A DNA stretch of 63,984 bases, the filler included, from a bacterium (GTDB lineage: Bacteria > JBBIVP01), in NCBI GenBank assembly GCA_037439705.1. It is 11 parts of 11 records of this genome, joined end to end, with 100 filler letters (N's around TTAATTAATTAA, not from the genome) between each part and the next. Parts side by side here need not be neighbours in the genome. Positions count along the whole stretch, not along the records: positions 31,318 to 37,311 come from JBBIVP010000132.1; positions 37,412 to 43,299 come from JBBIVP010000133.1; 9 more parts are not named here. The stretch is one strand, 5' to 3'. The translations under genes and the position numbers were made by a program. The notes below the pieces were generated by a model, which saw nothing but the letters and a program-made list of their open reading frames with translations, had not been told where the DNA came from and did not search any database. Positions 31,329 through 42,132 of the stretch are shown here, piece after piece. Numbering within the stretch: the stretch's first letter is position 1; each line of letters opens with the position of its first letter.

Positions 31329-34199
31329 TCAGAATTCCATCCCCATAGTGATATAAAAACCAAGCCATTTTGCCTCTTCATAGATCTTTTCTCCAAGCAC
31401 ATTGCATAAAGGTGTTTTATAACTTCTTAATCCGTATGCCACATCAAAGGATAGGTCAAGGGAATAGTTGTAAAATATGTCAGAATTGAGTTTGAATCCC
31501 CACCCTATATCAGGAAGGAGGTTATCTGATTTCATACCCTCTTTGCTTTTATAAATAAACCCGATGTCTGAAAAGACTCTTAAAGAAAGGGATGAGAAAT
31601 AAAATGGAAAGATGCTTTTCTTGATTTTCATTGATGGCGGACTCAATGCAAGATGAAGGGCAAACGCGGATTCTCCGTTTATGCTCAAGGGTCTATAGCC
31701 CGGAAGGTTTATGGTCTCAACCGGTTCATAGATAAGAATAGGATAAAGGCGACCTCCGACCGCAAATTCGTCGTAACGGTTTACATCCCTTAAAGTTATT
31801 CCTCCATCAAATGAAGCATCAATTCCGATGAATTCACCTATTCCAGAACTCTTCTCCACCTTGAGATAAAACCTGTCAAACCAGTATTCATCAAAGGTTC
31901 TTTCGCAGGAAGAAGGAAGATTGAAAAGGTAATTGTTTATTCCGTTTGTGAACCTTCTCATATATTGAAGTCTGAAAGAGAAATCCTCAAGAAGGATTGC
32001 AATGCCAGTTCCAAACCCGTAAGATTCAAAAACCCTTCCACTTTTTAATTCCATTGTCGTCTCATCAAGATAATCGTTTGAGAAATTCCTGTATTCAGCA
32101 AAGATGTAGGGAACAAATGGAATTACAGGAAATAATGAATAAACCTCAAAATCTGTGTAGGTTGACCTACCCTTTGTTATAAAATTTGCAAGCCTTGAGG
32201 AACGGGAACTTATCGTCCCCCTTATAAGAAAGGTCGGATAGAAAATTCTGTTTGCATATCCAAAAGAAAGAATTATATCTCCATCCATGTTAAACAATGT
32301 CCCTGCCCCTATCATGTGTCTTAAGAGTTTATCAGAATAATCAAATCCCAGTCCGAAGCCTATATTTTCAAGGTAATAAAGAATGGCTGGATAAAGATGA
32401 ACCGGATTGGAAACGAACCTGTATTTTTTGCTTTTTTCCATAAATTCATCAACAACCCTCTCCATTTCATATTTTTCTTCAATGTTCAGAAAACTTCCTA
32501 CTTCTTTCATTTCTTCAGTTTTTAACTCGTATATGTTATAACCATCCTTTGTATAACTCGTGTAGAATACTCTCGTGCAATCTGATGAAGGATATGGATA
32601 AAAACCTCCCCCCTTCAGGTTTGTAATTCTGTAAATTTTTCCTTCCATTAAATCTCCAAGATATATATTGAAAATTCCGTTATAATCGGCGCTGAAAACT
32701 ACTTTTCCATTCCCGCAAGTCCTCACATCCCTTTCCTCCTCAGGTGTATCCGTTATCTTTCTTAATTTTTTTGAATTTATATCAAGTATCCACAAATCCT
32801 GTCTTCCCTTAGAATAGAGGTTTAAAACCATCTCGTTTTCGTTCAAAAAATCCATTCCTGCAATCTGTTCTCCATCTGTGAAATCCGTGATTTTCTTTTC
32901 CTTTCCATCTTTCAAAAAATATATGTTGTGTGTTCCGTCAATGTTTTTTATGTATGCAATGAATGAGGAATCGGGAGAATAAACTGGGAAAAATGCCCTT
33001 TCAATCCCTGTCTTTTTCTTTCCTTTTTTCAGATTGTAAATTTTTAACTCTGAAACAACTGAATCAAGAGGAGTAACTTTATATTTAGTGTAGGCAATTT
33101 CTTTACCATCAGGAGAAAAGGATGGTGGCGATGAAATGAAGGAATCAATTTTTTTCTTTTTCTTCCCTTTCTCAAGAACCAGTTTGTTGGCAAAAAAAGA
33201 ATTCCTGCCTTCCACATAAAAAGCCATATCAGCGTTTATTCCTGAATAGATTGTAAAAAATGAATCATCCCTTATTTTTTCTCCTTTAATTTCATCGCCT
33301 ATTTCTCTGAGTTTATCGGAGTAGATTGTCTTTATCTCGGACTTCCATTCCGAATATGCCTTTTTCAATGGCTCACCCGTAAGCTTTTCGTAATCCCTTT
33401 CAAAACTGAATATGAATGAGGACTTCCTTTTTATGAGTTCTTTCAAAATTCCCTTATGCCTTTGAGTGATAAATCTCAGAAATGAATACCCCTGATTGTA
33501 GACCATTTCAGGAGAAATTCCCTTTTTCTCCTTAAAAGAAACCATTTCATCATATGTGAGGAGTTTGTCTTCATAAACTGCTGTTCTCAAAAGCATATCC
33601 CTCGTTGTGTCCCATGAATCAAAGCCGAGTTTCTCGGAAATAAGCTGGGCAAGCCCTTCTGTAAACCATGAGGGTTCCACCTTATCAGGAAATGGTATAA
33701 AGACAAAGGCTTCAAATCCCCTGTAAGTATTGTTTTTTTCAGATTCATATTCATATATTCCAACACCTCCTATTGTGAAGAAGGGAATTGTTTTTCCGAA
33801 TATGGACTTCATCCTCCTTGCAAATATGTGGGTGAGTTCGTGAGCGGTTACATTTCCTGTCCAGAGATGCCTTCCCCTCAAAGGAATGTAAAGGTTTGTG
33901 GAATACATGAAAACAAGGTCGTATTCCTCAATTGCAAATCCGTTTGGAATATCTGATTCGTCTGCAACTATGATGCTCACTTTTTTATCACCCGTAAATT
34001 CTGTCTCTTCAATAACTCCGTTGAAAATTTTTTCCTCAAGAAGCCCTGCTATCTCTTCAGCAGTACTTGCTGCATTTTCCTGGTATATAACTTTGAATTC
34101 CCTTGATTCGTAAACAAGCCACTTTATGGATGGATTGTTAAGGGCGTAAGAGGTAAAGGGAATGAAAGAGAAAAAAATGCTGAAAACTATTTTCTTCAT
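31329..34199 (-). CDS. Secreted zinc metallopeptidase domain, TolB/PD40-like propeller and probable C-terminal outer-membrane barrel
   Basis: Signal peptide; AHELTH...WFTEGLA; PSFSPDGKEIAY-type repeats; alternating beta strands ending in a C-terminal Phe. Confidence 0.7.
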   Translation of the reverse strand: MKKIVFSIFFSFIPFTSYALNNPSIKWLVYESREFKVIYQENAASTAEEIAGLLEEKIFNGVIEETEFTGDKKVSIIVADESDIPNGFAIEEYDLVFMYSTNLYIPLRGRHLWTGNVTAHELTHIFARRMKSIFGKTIPFFTIGGVGIYEYESEKNNTYRGFEAFVFIPFPDKVEPSWFTEGLAQLISEKLGFDSWDTTRDMLLRTAVYEDKLLTYDEMVSFKEKKGISPEMVYNQGYSFLRFITQRHKGILKELIKRKSSFIFSFERDYEKLTGEPLKKAYSEWKSEIKTIYSDKLREIGDEIKGEKIRDDSFFTIYSGINADMAFYVEGRNSFFANKLVLEKGKKKKKIDSFISSPPSFSPDGKEIAYTKYKVTPLDSVVSELKIYNLKKGKKKTGIERAFFPVYSPDSSFIAYIKNIDGTHNIYFLKDGKEKKITDFTDGEQIAGMDFLNENEMVLNLYSKGRQDLWILDINSKKLRKITDTPEEERDVRTCGNGKVVFSADYNGIFNIYLGDLMEGKIYRITNLKGGGFYPYPSSDCTRVFYTSYTKDGYNIYELKTEEMKEVGSFLNIEEKYEMERVVDEFMEKSKKYRFVSNPVHLYPAILYYLENIGFGLGFDYSDKLLRHMIGAGTLFNMDGDIILSFGYANRIFYPTFLIRGTISSRSSRLANFITKGRSTYTDFEVYSLFPVIPFVPYIFAEYRNFSNDYLDETTMELKSGRVFESYGFGTGIAILLEDFSFRLQYMRRFTNGINNYLFNLPSSCERTFDEYWFDRFYLKVEKSSGIGEFIGIDASFDGGITLRDVNRYDEFAVGGRLYPILIYEPVETINLPGYRPLSINGESAFALHLALSPPSMKIKKSIFPFYFSSLSLRVFSDIGFIYKSKEGMKSDNLLPDIGWGFKLNSDIFYNYSLDLSFDVAYGLRSYKTPLCNVLGEKIYEEAKWLGFYITMGMEF

Positions 34200-35164
34200 C
34201 AGAAATTATATCCTACGGAAGCGGAAATACCTGTGGATGGAAAGAGTGGGAAATTTCTCAGAAATGGAAACAGGGGCTCTGAGGGATAATTCTTTCCAAG
34301 AACTGGAAGAGAAAATCCTATTCTGCTTCTGAATCCCTCTTTGGTTTTGAGTGATAAAAATGGCTTAAGATAGGCAATGGTAGAAGCGTCATAATATCCC
34401 CATACCTCTCTTAATTCTTCATCTTCAAGAACCAGAAATTTTATACCATCACCCTGCGTGGTGGTGAAATTGAAATCAATGCCTCCCCAGAAGGGACCTT
34501 TGATTTTAAAAGCAATTTTCACATTCAAATTTATCTCATCTCCCGGGTCAATACCTTTTCCAATAGTTCCTGGAAGTGGATAATAAACAATATACGAAGG
34601 TTCACCATAGGTTCTCAGAATATACCCGAGTGCCAGTTCTCCATTAAAAGAATCAGAAAATAAACTTCCGGTAATATAAAATCCAGTATCAGCCTGTCCT
34701 GTTCCAAGGGGAATCCTGCCATTTCCTAAACTTGATGAACCGGTTGGAAGTTTAAAATCAAAAAGAAAACCTCCTGAAAAATTTTCTGTTATGTGGTATG
34801 AACCTCCTATTTTAACCTTCATATCTCCAATTCCTGAATCATTTATATCGGAAATAAAAGGATATATCTCAAGCTGATTTCCTGTGAAACCGACATCTAC
34901 ATCTGCAAAATCCATTTCCCTTCCTGCTACCGGAAGAAGGAATTCCATCCAGATTCCGTAGGCTATTTTAAAACCAAATTCAATCTCCAACCTTTTTTCT
35001 ATGTATTCATAATACTCCATTTCTATAAGTTTCCTCCTCCCATCAAAAATTTTGTCGGATGTAACAAGGTAAAAATTCATTTCCAGCCAGTATCTCCTTT
35101 TTCCCGATTGATAAGAATAAAGGTTCACAGGAATTACAAATAAAAGGATAAAAAATAACCTCAT
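34199..35164 (-). CDS. Outer-membrane beta-barrel, MetA-pathway/transporter-like family
   Basis: SGIGDMKV, KLPTG...PLGTGQAD, DPGDE motifs; C-terminal YNF. Confidence 0.6.
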   Translation of the reverse strand: MRLFFILLFVIPVNLYSYQSGKRRYWLEMNFYLVTSDKIFDGRRKLIEMEYYEYIEKRLEIEFGFKIAYGIWMEFLLPVAGREMDFADVDVGFTGNQLEIYPFISDINDSGIGDMKVKIGGSYHITENFSGGFLFDFKLPTGSSSLGNGRIPLGTGQADTGFYITGSLFSDSFNGELALGYILRTYGEPSYIVYYPLPGTIGKGIDPGDEINLNVKIAFKIKGPFWGGIDFNFTTTQGDGIKFLVLEDEELREVWGYYDASTIAYLKPFLSLKTKEGFRSRIGFSLPVLGKNYPSEPLFPFLRNFPLFPSTGISASVGYNF

Positions 35165-35814
35165 CTAAAAATATCCCTCACCCTTTCAAAGAGTGAAGGG
35201 TTTTTTCTGTATTTTACCCAAAGAACTATGTCCTGTTCTGCTCCTGTATAAAAAATTGAAGAAGGGATTTCCCACCTTGCTTCCCTTTTTTCCCATTGAT
35301 CAGCATTTGAATCTATAATCTCTGTCGGTGTGCTTATCGTGATTTTGTTTCTGTATGCCTCAAGGTTTTTTATCATCATATCTGTTATCTGCTGTTGCAA
35401 CTCCCTTTCCTCTTTTTTCTTTCTCGGCTGAACCCTTATCTTTATCATTGCCTCCACATAATCCTCTCCTTCTTTAAGGCTGTAAACAGTTCCAGGTTGA
35501 GTGAGAGAGTCAAATCTATCAAAATCAAGAATTGTGGTTATATAAACATCTCTTCCCTTTGTTTCGGTAAAGACCTTTTTTAGTTTTATATGAGGATTGT
35601 TCTTGGCGGACCTTTCAATGTCCCTTGGAGTTAAAGGATAAAGGGAGGTCATCTCTCCTTTTTCAATACTTGTGTAAAGCATCTTTGAAACCCTGTAATA
35701 AACCTTCATACTTCCTGAGCCATCAAGTTTTATCTTTATCTCTTCCCTCACCTCTATACACGCTATCAGGAATACTGTGAGAAAAATTACTGCAATAAGT
35801 CTTATTTTCTTCAT
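35161..35814 (-). CDS. Lipoprotein of unknown function (LppM-like)
   Basis: MKK...LIAC lipobox; IKLDGSG and IIDSNAD...W motifs. Confidence 0.6.
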   Translation of the reverse strand: MKKIRLIAVIFLTVFLIACIEVREEIKIKLDGSGSMKVYYRVSKMLYTSIEKGEMTSLYPLTPRDIERSAKNNPHIKLKKVFTETKGRDVYITTILDFDRFDSLTQPGTVYSLKEGEDYVEAMIKIRVQPRKKKEERELQQQITDMMIKNLEAYRNKITISTPTEIIDSNADQWEKREARWEIPSSIFYTGAEQDIVLWVKYRKNPSLFERVRDIFR

Positions 35815-35859
35815 AAAATAACTTTTATCAGCCATAAATGAAAAGTTCAAGTTCTTTCT

Positions 35860-36207
35860 TCAAGAAGTGGCGAACCTCACTATTTCTTTAAACCCCTCCG
35901 CATCCATTATTGCGATTTCTGAAAGGACCTTTCTGTTCAATTCCACATTTTTTTTCTTGAGAAGTCCCATAAACTTACTATAAGAAAAACCTTCCTCTCT
36001 TACCGCTGAATTTATCCTTATATTCCATAGCCTTCTGAAATCCCTCTTTTTTCTCCTTCGGTGAATGGTTGAAAAATGCAGGGCTCTTATTAAAGTTTCC
36101 TTTGCCCTCCTGTAAACATTTTTTCTCTGTCCCCAGTAGCCTTTTGTTTGTTTAAATAACTTCTTCTTCCTTTTTCTTGACTTTGGAGCACCTTTAACTC
36201 TTGGCAT
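35860..36207 (-). CDS. rplT: 50S ribosomal protein L20
   Basis: MPRVK, KGYWG, KKRDFRRLWNIRIN, LNRKVLSEIA. Confidence 0.98.
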   Translation of the reverse strand: MPRVKGAPKSRKRKKKLFKQTKGYWGQRKNVYRRAKETLIRALHFSTIHRRRKKRDFRRLWNIRINSAVREEGFSYSKFMGLLKKKNVELNRKVLSEIAIMDAEGFKEIVRFATS

Positions 36208-36229
36208 TTCTAAAGCCTCCTGTTATTTA

Positions 36230-36424
36230 TTATGGCAAATAGGTATTTTTTAGCCTTTTACCGAGTTCTGCCTCCATTATAGCAGGCTTCCTCAGCTGTC
36301 TTTTCTTCTTCCTTGATTCGCCCGTTAGAAGATGTCTCAAACCACTTTTCTTATACTTAATTTTTCCCTTCGCTGTTATTCTGAACCTCTTCTTTGCTCC
36401 ACTGTGTGTCTTTAACTTTTGCAC
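36230..36424 (-). CDS. rpmI: 50S ribosomal protein L35
   Basis: [15 protein letters not shown] start with SD inside infC. Confidence 0.97.
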   Translation of the reverse strand: MQKLKTHSGAKKRFRITAKGKIKYKKSGLRHLLTGESRKKKRQLRKPAIMEAELGKRLKNTYLP

Positions 36425-36944
36425 TTTTTCCTCCTTTCTTATGAGGTAATATCGTCAAAAGAATCGCCCTCTCATCTTTAACCGGCGGTTTTTCCTGAAT
36501 TCCTATATCTTCAACATCTTTCAAAATTCTTTCAAGCAATTTCATTCCTTTATCTATGTACACAAGTTCCCTTCCCCTGAAAGTAAGAAGAACTTTTACC
36601 TTGTTCCCTTCTTCAAGAAATCTCCTCAGGTGTTTGAGTTTAACCTGATAATCATGTTCTTCTATCTTTGGTCTGAGCTTTATTTCTTTGACAACCACCT
36701 GCGCCTGTTTTTTCTTAGCAGACTGCATTTTCTTTTTCATTTCGTATTTGAACTTTCCGTAATCCATAACCTTACAAACAGGAGGATTTGCATCAGGAGC
36801 AACCTCTACAAGGTCAAGCCCTACTTCTTCCGCATATTTCAGCGCTTCTTTCAATGGAACCTCTCCTCTATTTTTTCCATCTTCTCCTATCAAACGGACG
36901 ACTTTTGCTCTTATCTGGTAATTTATACGATGTTTAAACTCTAC
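36357..36944 (-). CDS. infC: Translation initiation factor IF-3, with an apparent non-canonical start
   Basis: [48 protein letters not shown]; frame extends upstream of the TTG called by the ORF track. Confidence 0.95.
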   Translation of the reverse strand, partial: VEFKHRINYQIRAKVVRLIGEDGKNRGEVPLKEALKYAEEVGLDLVEVAPDANPPVCKVMDYGKFKYEMKKKMQSAKKKQAQVVVKEIKLRPKIEEHDYQVKLKHLRRFLEEGNKVKVLLTFRGRELVYIDKGMKLLERILKDVEDIGIQEKPPVKDERAILLTILPHKKGGKSAKVKDTQWSKEEVQNNSEGKN

Positions 36945-36978
36945 TGCTCTACCTCCTTTTTTTTCAAAATATATTCTT

Positions 36979-37311
36979 TCATAAAACTCTTTTCAATAAA
37001 TCCTTAGTAATTTTCCCCTGAAGAACCTTCAAAAGATGCTGTCCTGTATAGGAGTTTGGATTCTGAGCCACCTCTTCGGGAGTTCCTGTTGCCACAACAT
37101 CTCCTCCTCTTTCTCCGCCTTCTGGACCGAGGTCTATTATGTAATCAGCGCACTTTATGACCTCAAGATTGTGCTCAATAACTATTACTGTATTACCCTG
37201 GTCCACGAGGAGTGAAAGCACATTAAGGAGTTTTTTCACATCATGAAAGTGAAGCCCAGTTGTGGGTTCATCAAGGATATAAAGTGTCTTTCCTGTTGCC
37301 CTCCTTGAAAG
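36979..37311 (-). CDS. uvrA: Excinuclease ABC subunit A, C-terminal fragment
   Basis: [44 protein letters not shown]. Confidence 0.95.
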   Translation of the reverse strand, partial: LSRRATGKTLYILDEPTTGLHFHDVKKLLNVLSLLVDQGNTVIVIEHNLEVIKCADYIIDLGPEGGERGGDVVATGTPEEVAQNPNSYTGQHLLKVLQGKITKDLLKRVL

Positions 37312-37411
37312 NNNNNNNNNNNNNNNNNNNNNNNNNNNNNNNNNNNNNNNNNNNNTTAATTAATTAANNNNNNNNNNNNNNNNNNNNNNNNNNNNNNNNN
37401 NNNNNNNNNNN

Positions 37412-40203
37412 CCTTCTGTTCCCGGGGGTCCGGAATAGCAAGACTGGTTTTCTCCGTTGTTGCAGGAACATCCTTTATCAACATTCGTATCACATTTGTT
37501 ATCATATCCGTCGCATATTTCCTGAGCACCTGGATTAAAGAAGAAATTATTGTCATCACAATCCCCGTTTTGACTGGCTGAATATGGCGTTTGAGAATGA
37601 CAGAGGTATTTCACATCGTTGGCTCCATAACCATCCTGGTCGTTATCAAGATAGAAAGGAAGGCTTCCATTAAGGTTTTCTCCTTCATCAACATATCCAT
37701 TGCAGTCATTATCCCACCCATCACAAACTTCGTCTGAAGGAAGAACTTCACCATCACAAACTCCCCACCTTCCAGATGAACAGGTCTGAATCCCGGCAGT
37801 ACAGATTCCAACTCCGAGGGTTCCCACTGGACCTGTATAGCAAATTCTTGTTTCACCTTCATTGCACTCCGGAACAACCCCGCAGAACGGATTTGATGAA
37901 CCTGAATTCCCTGCATCGTTGAATGCAAAAACCCTGTAACAATAACAGGTGAGCGGTTTAACTCTTGAATCGGTAAAGGCTTGAGCATCTTCTCCGGCAG
38001 TTCCTATCTCAACATAACCAAGATTGTAAACCGTCTCTATGGGAAGCTCTCCACCTCCTTCACTGCAGGGACCATCGGTTACAATTCTTCTTGTAATCTT
38101 ATATCCTCTTTCCCTTGAAACTTCTTTCCATGTAAGAGAGACAAGTGATGCACTCATATTTCCAGAAAGATTTGAAGGTGATGGTGGAGGAGGCGGACAG
38201 AATCTTGAAGGTGTTGTGAAACAGAATTCAGTAGAAGACGAAGTATACTTAACTCCGCCCTCTGTCCTGTAAGCAATAACCCTGTAACAGTAAGATGTAT
38301 CCCTTCTCGTGGTTGAATCGTAATGGGAAACCGTATCAGGAGGAAGGTCCGCAAGAAGTTGATAATTTTCTCCTGCTTTTTTTCTTTCAATTAGAAATCC
38401 ATCTTCGTTGTCGGAACGGTCAATCCAGGAAAGAGAAACAAGCTCACCACATTCAGCAGAGGCTGTAACTGCCTGGGGAGCTGTCGGATATTTCTCGTTT
38501 CCTCTGTAATAGTAATCCACCGTAATAATATATGGATTATCAGGCGAAGATGATGGACAACCCGATATTACACCACTCCCACTGAACCCCTCTTCCTCCT
38601 CCCCTGATTTCAGAACAAGATTTGCAAAATATGTGGCAGATGTATCAACTGCATAATAAATATGGAATCTTCCAGAATCATCCGTCCTTTGTGAAACACA
38701 TAAATCAGTTCCATTTTTTACACATATTTCATTTCTCCTTTCAGGAGACATATTTTCATCAAAGATAACCACATTCACTCCGGGAACAGAGGAACCAGGG
38801 GACGGAGGACTTCCTGAACCATAGGATATGCTTTCTATTCCGCTATACTTAACAATTCCGTAGAGTTCACAGGGTGAAGAAGTAGATGAAGAAGTAGTAA
38901 GGTTTATATCTCCGATGTTTTCACAGGCGCAATCTGGGGGATAACAATTCAGGTTCATTTCGGTAAGCGGTGAATACCTTTGTGGTGAAATGAACTCTCC
39001 TGCATTCCATACCTGACCGTAGTAGGAGATAGTTATTGTGCTCTTATGAACCTCTCCTGCTATGCCATCACCATCCTCGTCCTTACCCTCCGGCTCGGAT
39101 TTGAACACTGAAAGAACAAACCAGCCATTTTCATCTGTGCGTGCCCGTGTGATAAAACGAGACCCTATCTGAAAACATGTGGTAAATCCCCATGGTGTAT
39201 TAATGCATGAGATTGTTCCTTCTTCTGGAATAGTATAATTTACACCATTTCCTTCCACATCTACGCCCGATTGCACAACCCCATCTATCAAAACCCTCCC
39301 CATCAGACATGTAACATAAGGATTTTTCCAGTCCACATTCCACCACGAAAGATGTGGTGCATAAAAGACACTGTAAATGTTCCCTGCATATTTCCCCTCT
39401 TTTATGTTTTGTAATTCTTCCCTTTTTACCTCTTTTCCTCCCTCATATTCAAGCCATCCCTCAACACTTTCAACCCATACCCCCTTCACCTCATCAAAAT
39501 AAAACATTGGCACCTCAACCCTTTCTGTTTCAGGATTCAGGTCATCAAGAGTTGAATATGTATCAACGGGAATGAGCATCTTCACCTTTATGTCTTTTCC
39601 GTCCTTTATCTCACTTCCATTCTCATCGTAAAGCTTTATCTCTCCGAATACGGTTGAAATGAGCATCTTCCCTTCGCTGTCAAAGAAATTTCCCGGAAAC
39701 ACATCGGATTCCCTCACAGGATTGAAAACTGCCATCTCCCCACCAACTGCATTTTCCGGAATGTTTTCAACAATTATCTTTTTTGATGGGACATAGCATT
39801 TTCCATTTTTGCAGGTGGCATTTTCTTTCGGATACAAAACTATACTGGTCTGAAAACTCCCTTTTGAAGGAAAGGTTTTAATAATGCTTCCATAACCATC
39901 CTTTTCAACAATAAGAACCGCATTTCCCTTGAAATCCCGGGGGCTCCACATTGAAACCTCAAACTTACCAAGAGAATCAACTTTAATTTTTCTAATTTCA
40001 TTATTTAAAATTTTCCCATCTCCGTTGAAATCCATCTGCATTTTCACAATCGCCCCATCAGCAGGCTTTAAAGAAAATTCGCCACTTGTAATAAGCTCAG
40101 AAACGCTCCCTGAAACCTCTATTTTCACCTCTTGCCTTACCTCCCTTCCACACCCATAAAGAAAAAACACCCCTATTAAAGTTCCTATTACTGCTTTCTT
40201 CGT
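37412..40203 (-). CDS. Large surface lipoprotein with FN3 domains and Cys-rich (MopE-like) repeats (3' truncated)
   Basis: Lipobox LYGC; FN3-like WIDRSDNEDGF...YRVIAY; EVCDGWDNDCNGYVDE and GDCDD...PGAQEICDGYDNKCD; start inferred at ACG 40203. Confidence 0.75.
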
Positions 40204-40231
40204 CTCTTCCTCCTCTTCATTCTTTGCAAAA

Positions 40232-40260
40232 ATTATACCACAATTTTACTTCTCTGTCAA
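40232..40260 (-). promoter_or_regulatory. Perfect-consensus sigma70 promoter
   Basis: TTGACA-17 nt-TATAAT with TG extension of the -10 box. Confidence 0.75.
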
Positions 40261-40383
40261 ATAAAAATTTTTATCAACGCGCTCAAGTATAAACTACAGA
40301 AATCAGGGCTTTCGTGAGGAAAGAATTGCTTTTTGATGAAAATTGTAATAAAAAATTAAAACAAAAAGTTAAGGAGGTAAAAG

Positions 40384-41481
40384 ATGAGGATGACGATTAC
40401 CGCTATAAAGGCTGACATAGGAAGCATAGGGGGGCACATAAGACCGAGTGAAGAGGTATTGAAAACCGTAAGGGAACATGTAGCAAAAAGCAAGGACATA
40501 ATAGATAGTTATGTTGGTTTTACAGGAGATGACATTTGTATCCTTATGACGCATGAAGGTGGAACCTCCAATGAAAAAATTCATAGAATTGCCTGGGATG
40601 CTTTCAAGGCTGGAACAGAGGTAGCAAAAAGACAGGGACTTTATGGAGCGGGACAGGACCTTTTGAAAGATGCATTCTCTGGAAATATAAGGGGCGCAGG
40701 ACCTGCTGTTGCAGAAATGGAAATAGAAGAAAGGGAAAACGAACCATTCCTTCTTTTCGCAGCGGATAAAACCGACCCTGGAGCCTATAATCTTCCCCTT
40801 TACCTTGCTTTTGCTGACCCGATGCACTGTGCAGGATTGATGCTATCTCCGAAGATGTCAAAGGGATTCAGATTTGTAATAATGGATGTAAACTACACAC
40901 ATGGAGACAGAATTATAGAACTTAATGCTCCGGAAGAATTGTATGATATAGCAGCTCTTTTGAGGGACAATGAAAGGTTTGTTGTTGAATCCATTTGGAG
41001 CAAGGAAACCGGAGAAATAGCAGTTTCTGTAAGCACAACAAGGCTGAGAAATATAGCAGGGAAATATGTGGGAAAAGATGACCCTATAATGCTTGTTCGG
41101 GTTCAGGGAGTTTTTCCTGCTACAGGAGAGGTTTTATCGCCATTTGTAATATCTCATTATGTAGCGGGTTTTATGAGGGGAAGCCATACCGGTCCACTTA
41201 TGCCAGTTAAACTTCATTCAACCGTTTCCTATTTTGACGGACCACCTATAGTTTCCTGCGCTGCTTTTTGCGTTCACAATGGTAAACTTACAGAACCGGC
41301 AGATGCCTTTGACCATCCTTTCTGGGATTACATAAGATTAGAGGCAGCAAAAAAGGCAATTGAGATAAGAAGACAGGGATTTTCAGGACCTGCAATGCTT
41401 CCATACGATGAACTTGAGTATGGAGGTATTGTTGAGAAGATGAAGGTTCTGGAAAAGAAATTTTATATAAGGAAAAAATAA
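40384..41481 (+). CDS. fbp: Bifunctional fructose-1,6-bisphosphate aldolase/phosphatase (class V)
   Basis: IKADIGSIGGH, GLYGAGQDLL, DKTDPGAYN, YVGKDDP, MRGSHTGPLMPV, ELEY. Confidence 0.96.
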   Translation: MRMTITAIKADIGSIGGHIRPSEEVLKTVREHVAKSKDIIDSYVGFTGDDICILMTHEGGTSNEKIHRIAWDAFKAGTEVAKRQGLYGAGQDLLKDAFSGNIRGAGPAVAEMEIEERENEPFLLFAADKTDPGAYNLPLYLAFADPMHCAGLMLSPKMSKGFRFVIMDVNYTHGDRIIELNAPEELYDIAALLRDNERFVVESIWSKETGEIAVSVSTTRLRNIAGKYVGKDDPIMLVRVQGVFPATGEVLSPFVISHYVAGFMRGSHTGPLMPVKLHSTVSYFDGPPIVSCAAFCVHNGKLTEPADAFDHPFWDYIRLEAAKKAIEIRRQGFSGPAMLPYDELEYGGIVEKMKVLEKKFYIRKK

Positions 41482-41595
41482 CAATTTAGAAGGGGGAAGG
41501 GTTTTATAAATTTATGATCCAAATAAAAGAAAAAAATAAACTTCTTCTTTTCATTTCTATCCCTCCCCTCCTTCTCTCGGGATAGAAAAAGATGA

Positions 41596-41865
41596 TTACT
41601 TTACTACCTCTTTTAACCCTTTCCCTGCTTTAAACTTGGGAACAAGTCTTGCTGGCACCTCAACGGTCTTTCCGCCCGGTGCCTTCATTGTTCTCTTTTT
41701 TCTCTTGACCACGGAAAAAGTTCCGAAGCCCGGAAGTGCCACCTTTCCTTTTTTCTTTAAAGCGCCCTTTACTACTTCTATAAAGGCATCAAGTGCCTTT
41801 GCTGCAGCCGCCTTACTTAAACCTGCTTTCTCTGCTATCCCTTCTATTACTTCTGCTTTATTCAT
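41596..41865 (-). CDS. hup: HU family DNA-binding protein
   Basis: MNKAEVI, GFGTF, VPKFKAGKGLKEVV. Confidence 0.95.
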   Translation of the reverse strand: MNKAEVIEGIAEKAGLSKAAAAKALDAFIEVVKGALKKKGKVALPGFGTFSVVKRKKRTMKAPGGKTVEVPARLVPKFKAGKGLKEVVK

Positions 41866-42132
41866 ACTTCACCTCTCCTTTTGTTTATTTTTTTCAAGAT
41901 ATACCAGTGAAAAATAAAATGTCAAGCAAAATTTTCTATGGTCTCTGAAAAAGGAAGGGGATATTTTTGGGGATTGCCCTCCGCCCTAATAAAACGGACA
42001 CAGAATTATTTACAACTGCCCCCTATTCATTCCACCTTTATGAGTGAGATTATGGGATTATTATCGGAGGGAAAATTTTTTAAAAGGCAACTTGATTTCT
42101 TTAGAACCTTCAATAGAATGGGATTAAAAGGG

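Noticed and set aside
36357-36424. 68-nt overlap of infC with rpmI
   Set aside because: Explained by a dispensable IF3 C-terminal tail; both genes are intact
41554-41588. Hairpin TTTCTATCCC...GGGATAGAAA between convergent fbp and hup
   Set aside because: Long loop and no clear U-tract, so it is not called as a terminator
41938-42132. N-terminal extension of pncB, or a structured RNA (CCCTCCG...CGGAGGG)
   Set aside because: Homology starts near ATG 42133; a 7-bp inverted repeat alone is too weak and matches no riboswitch I recognise
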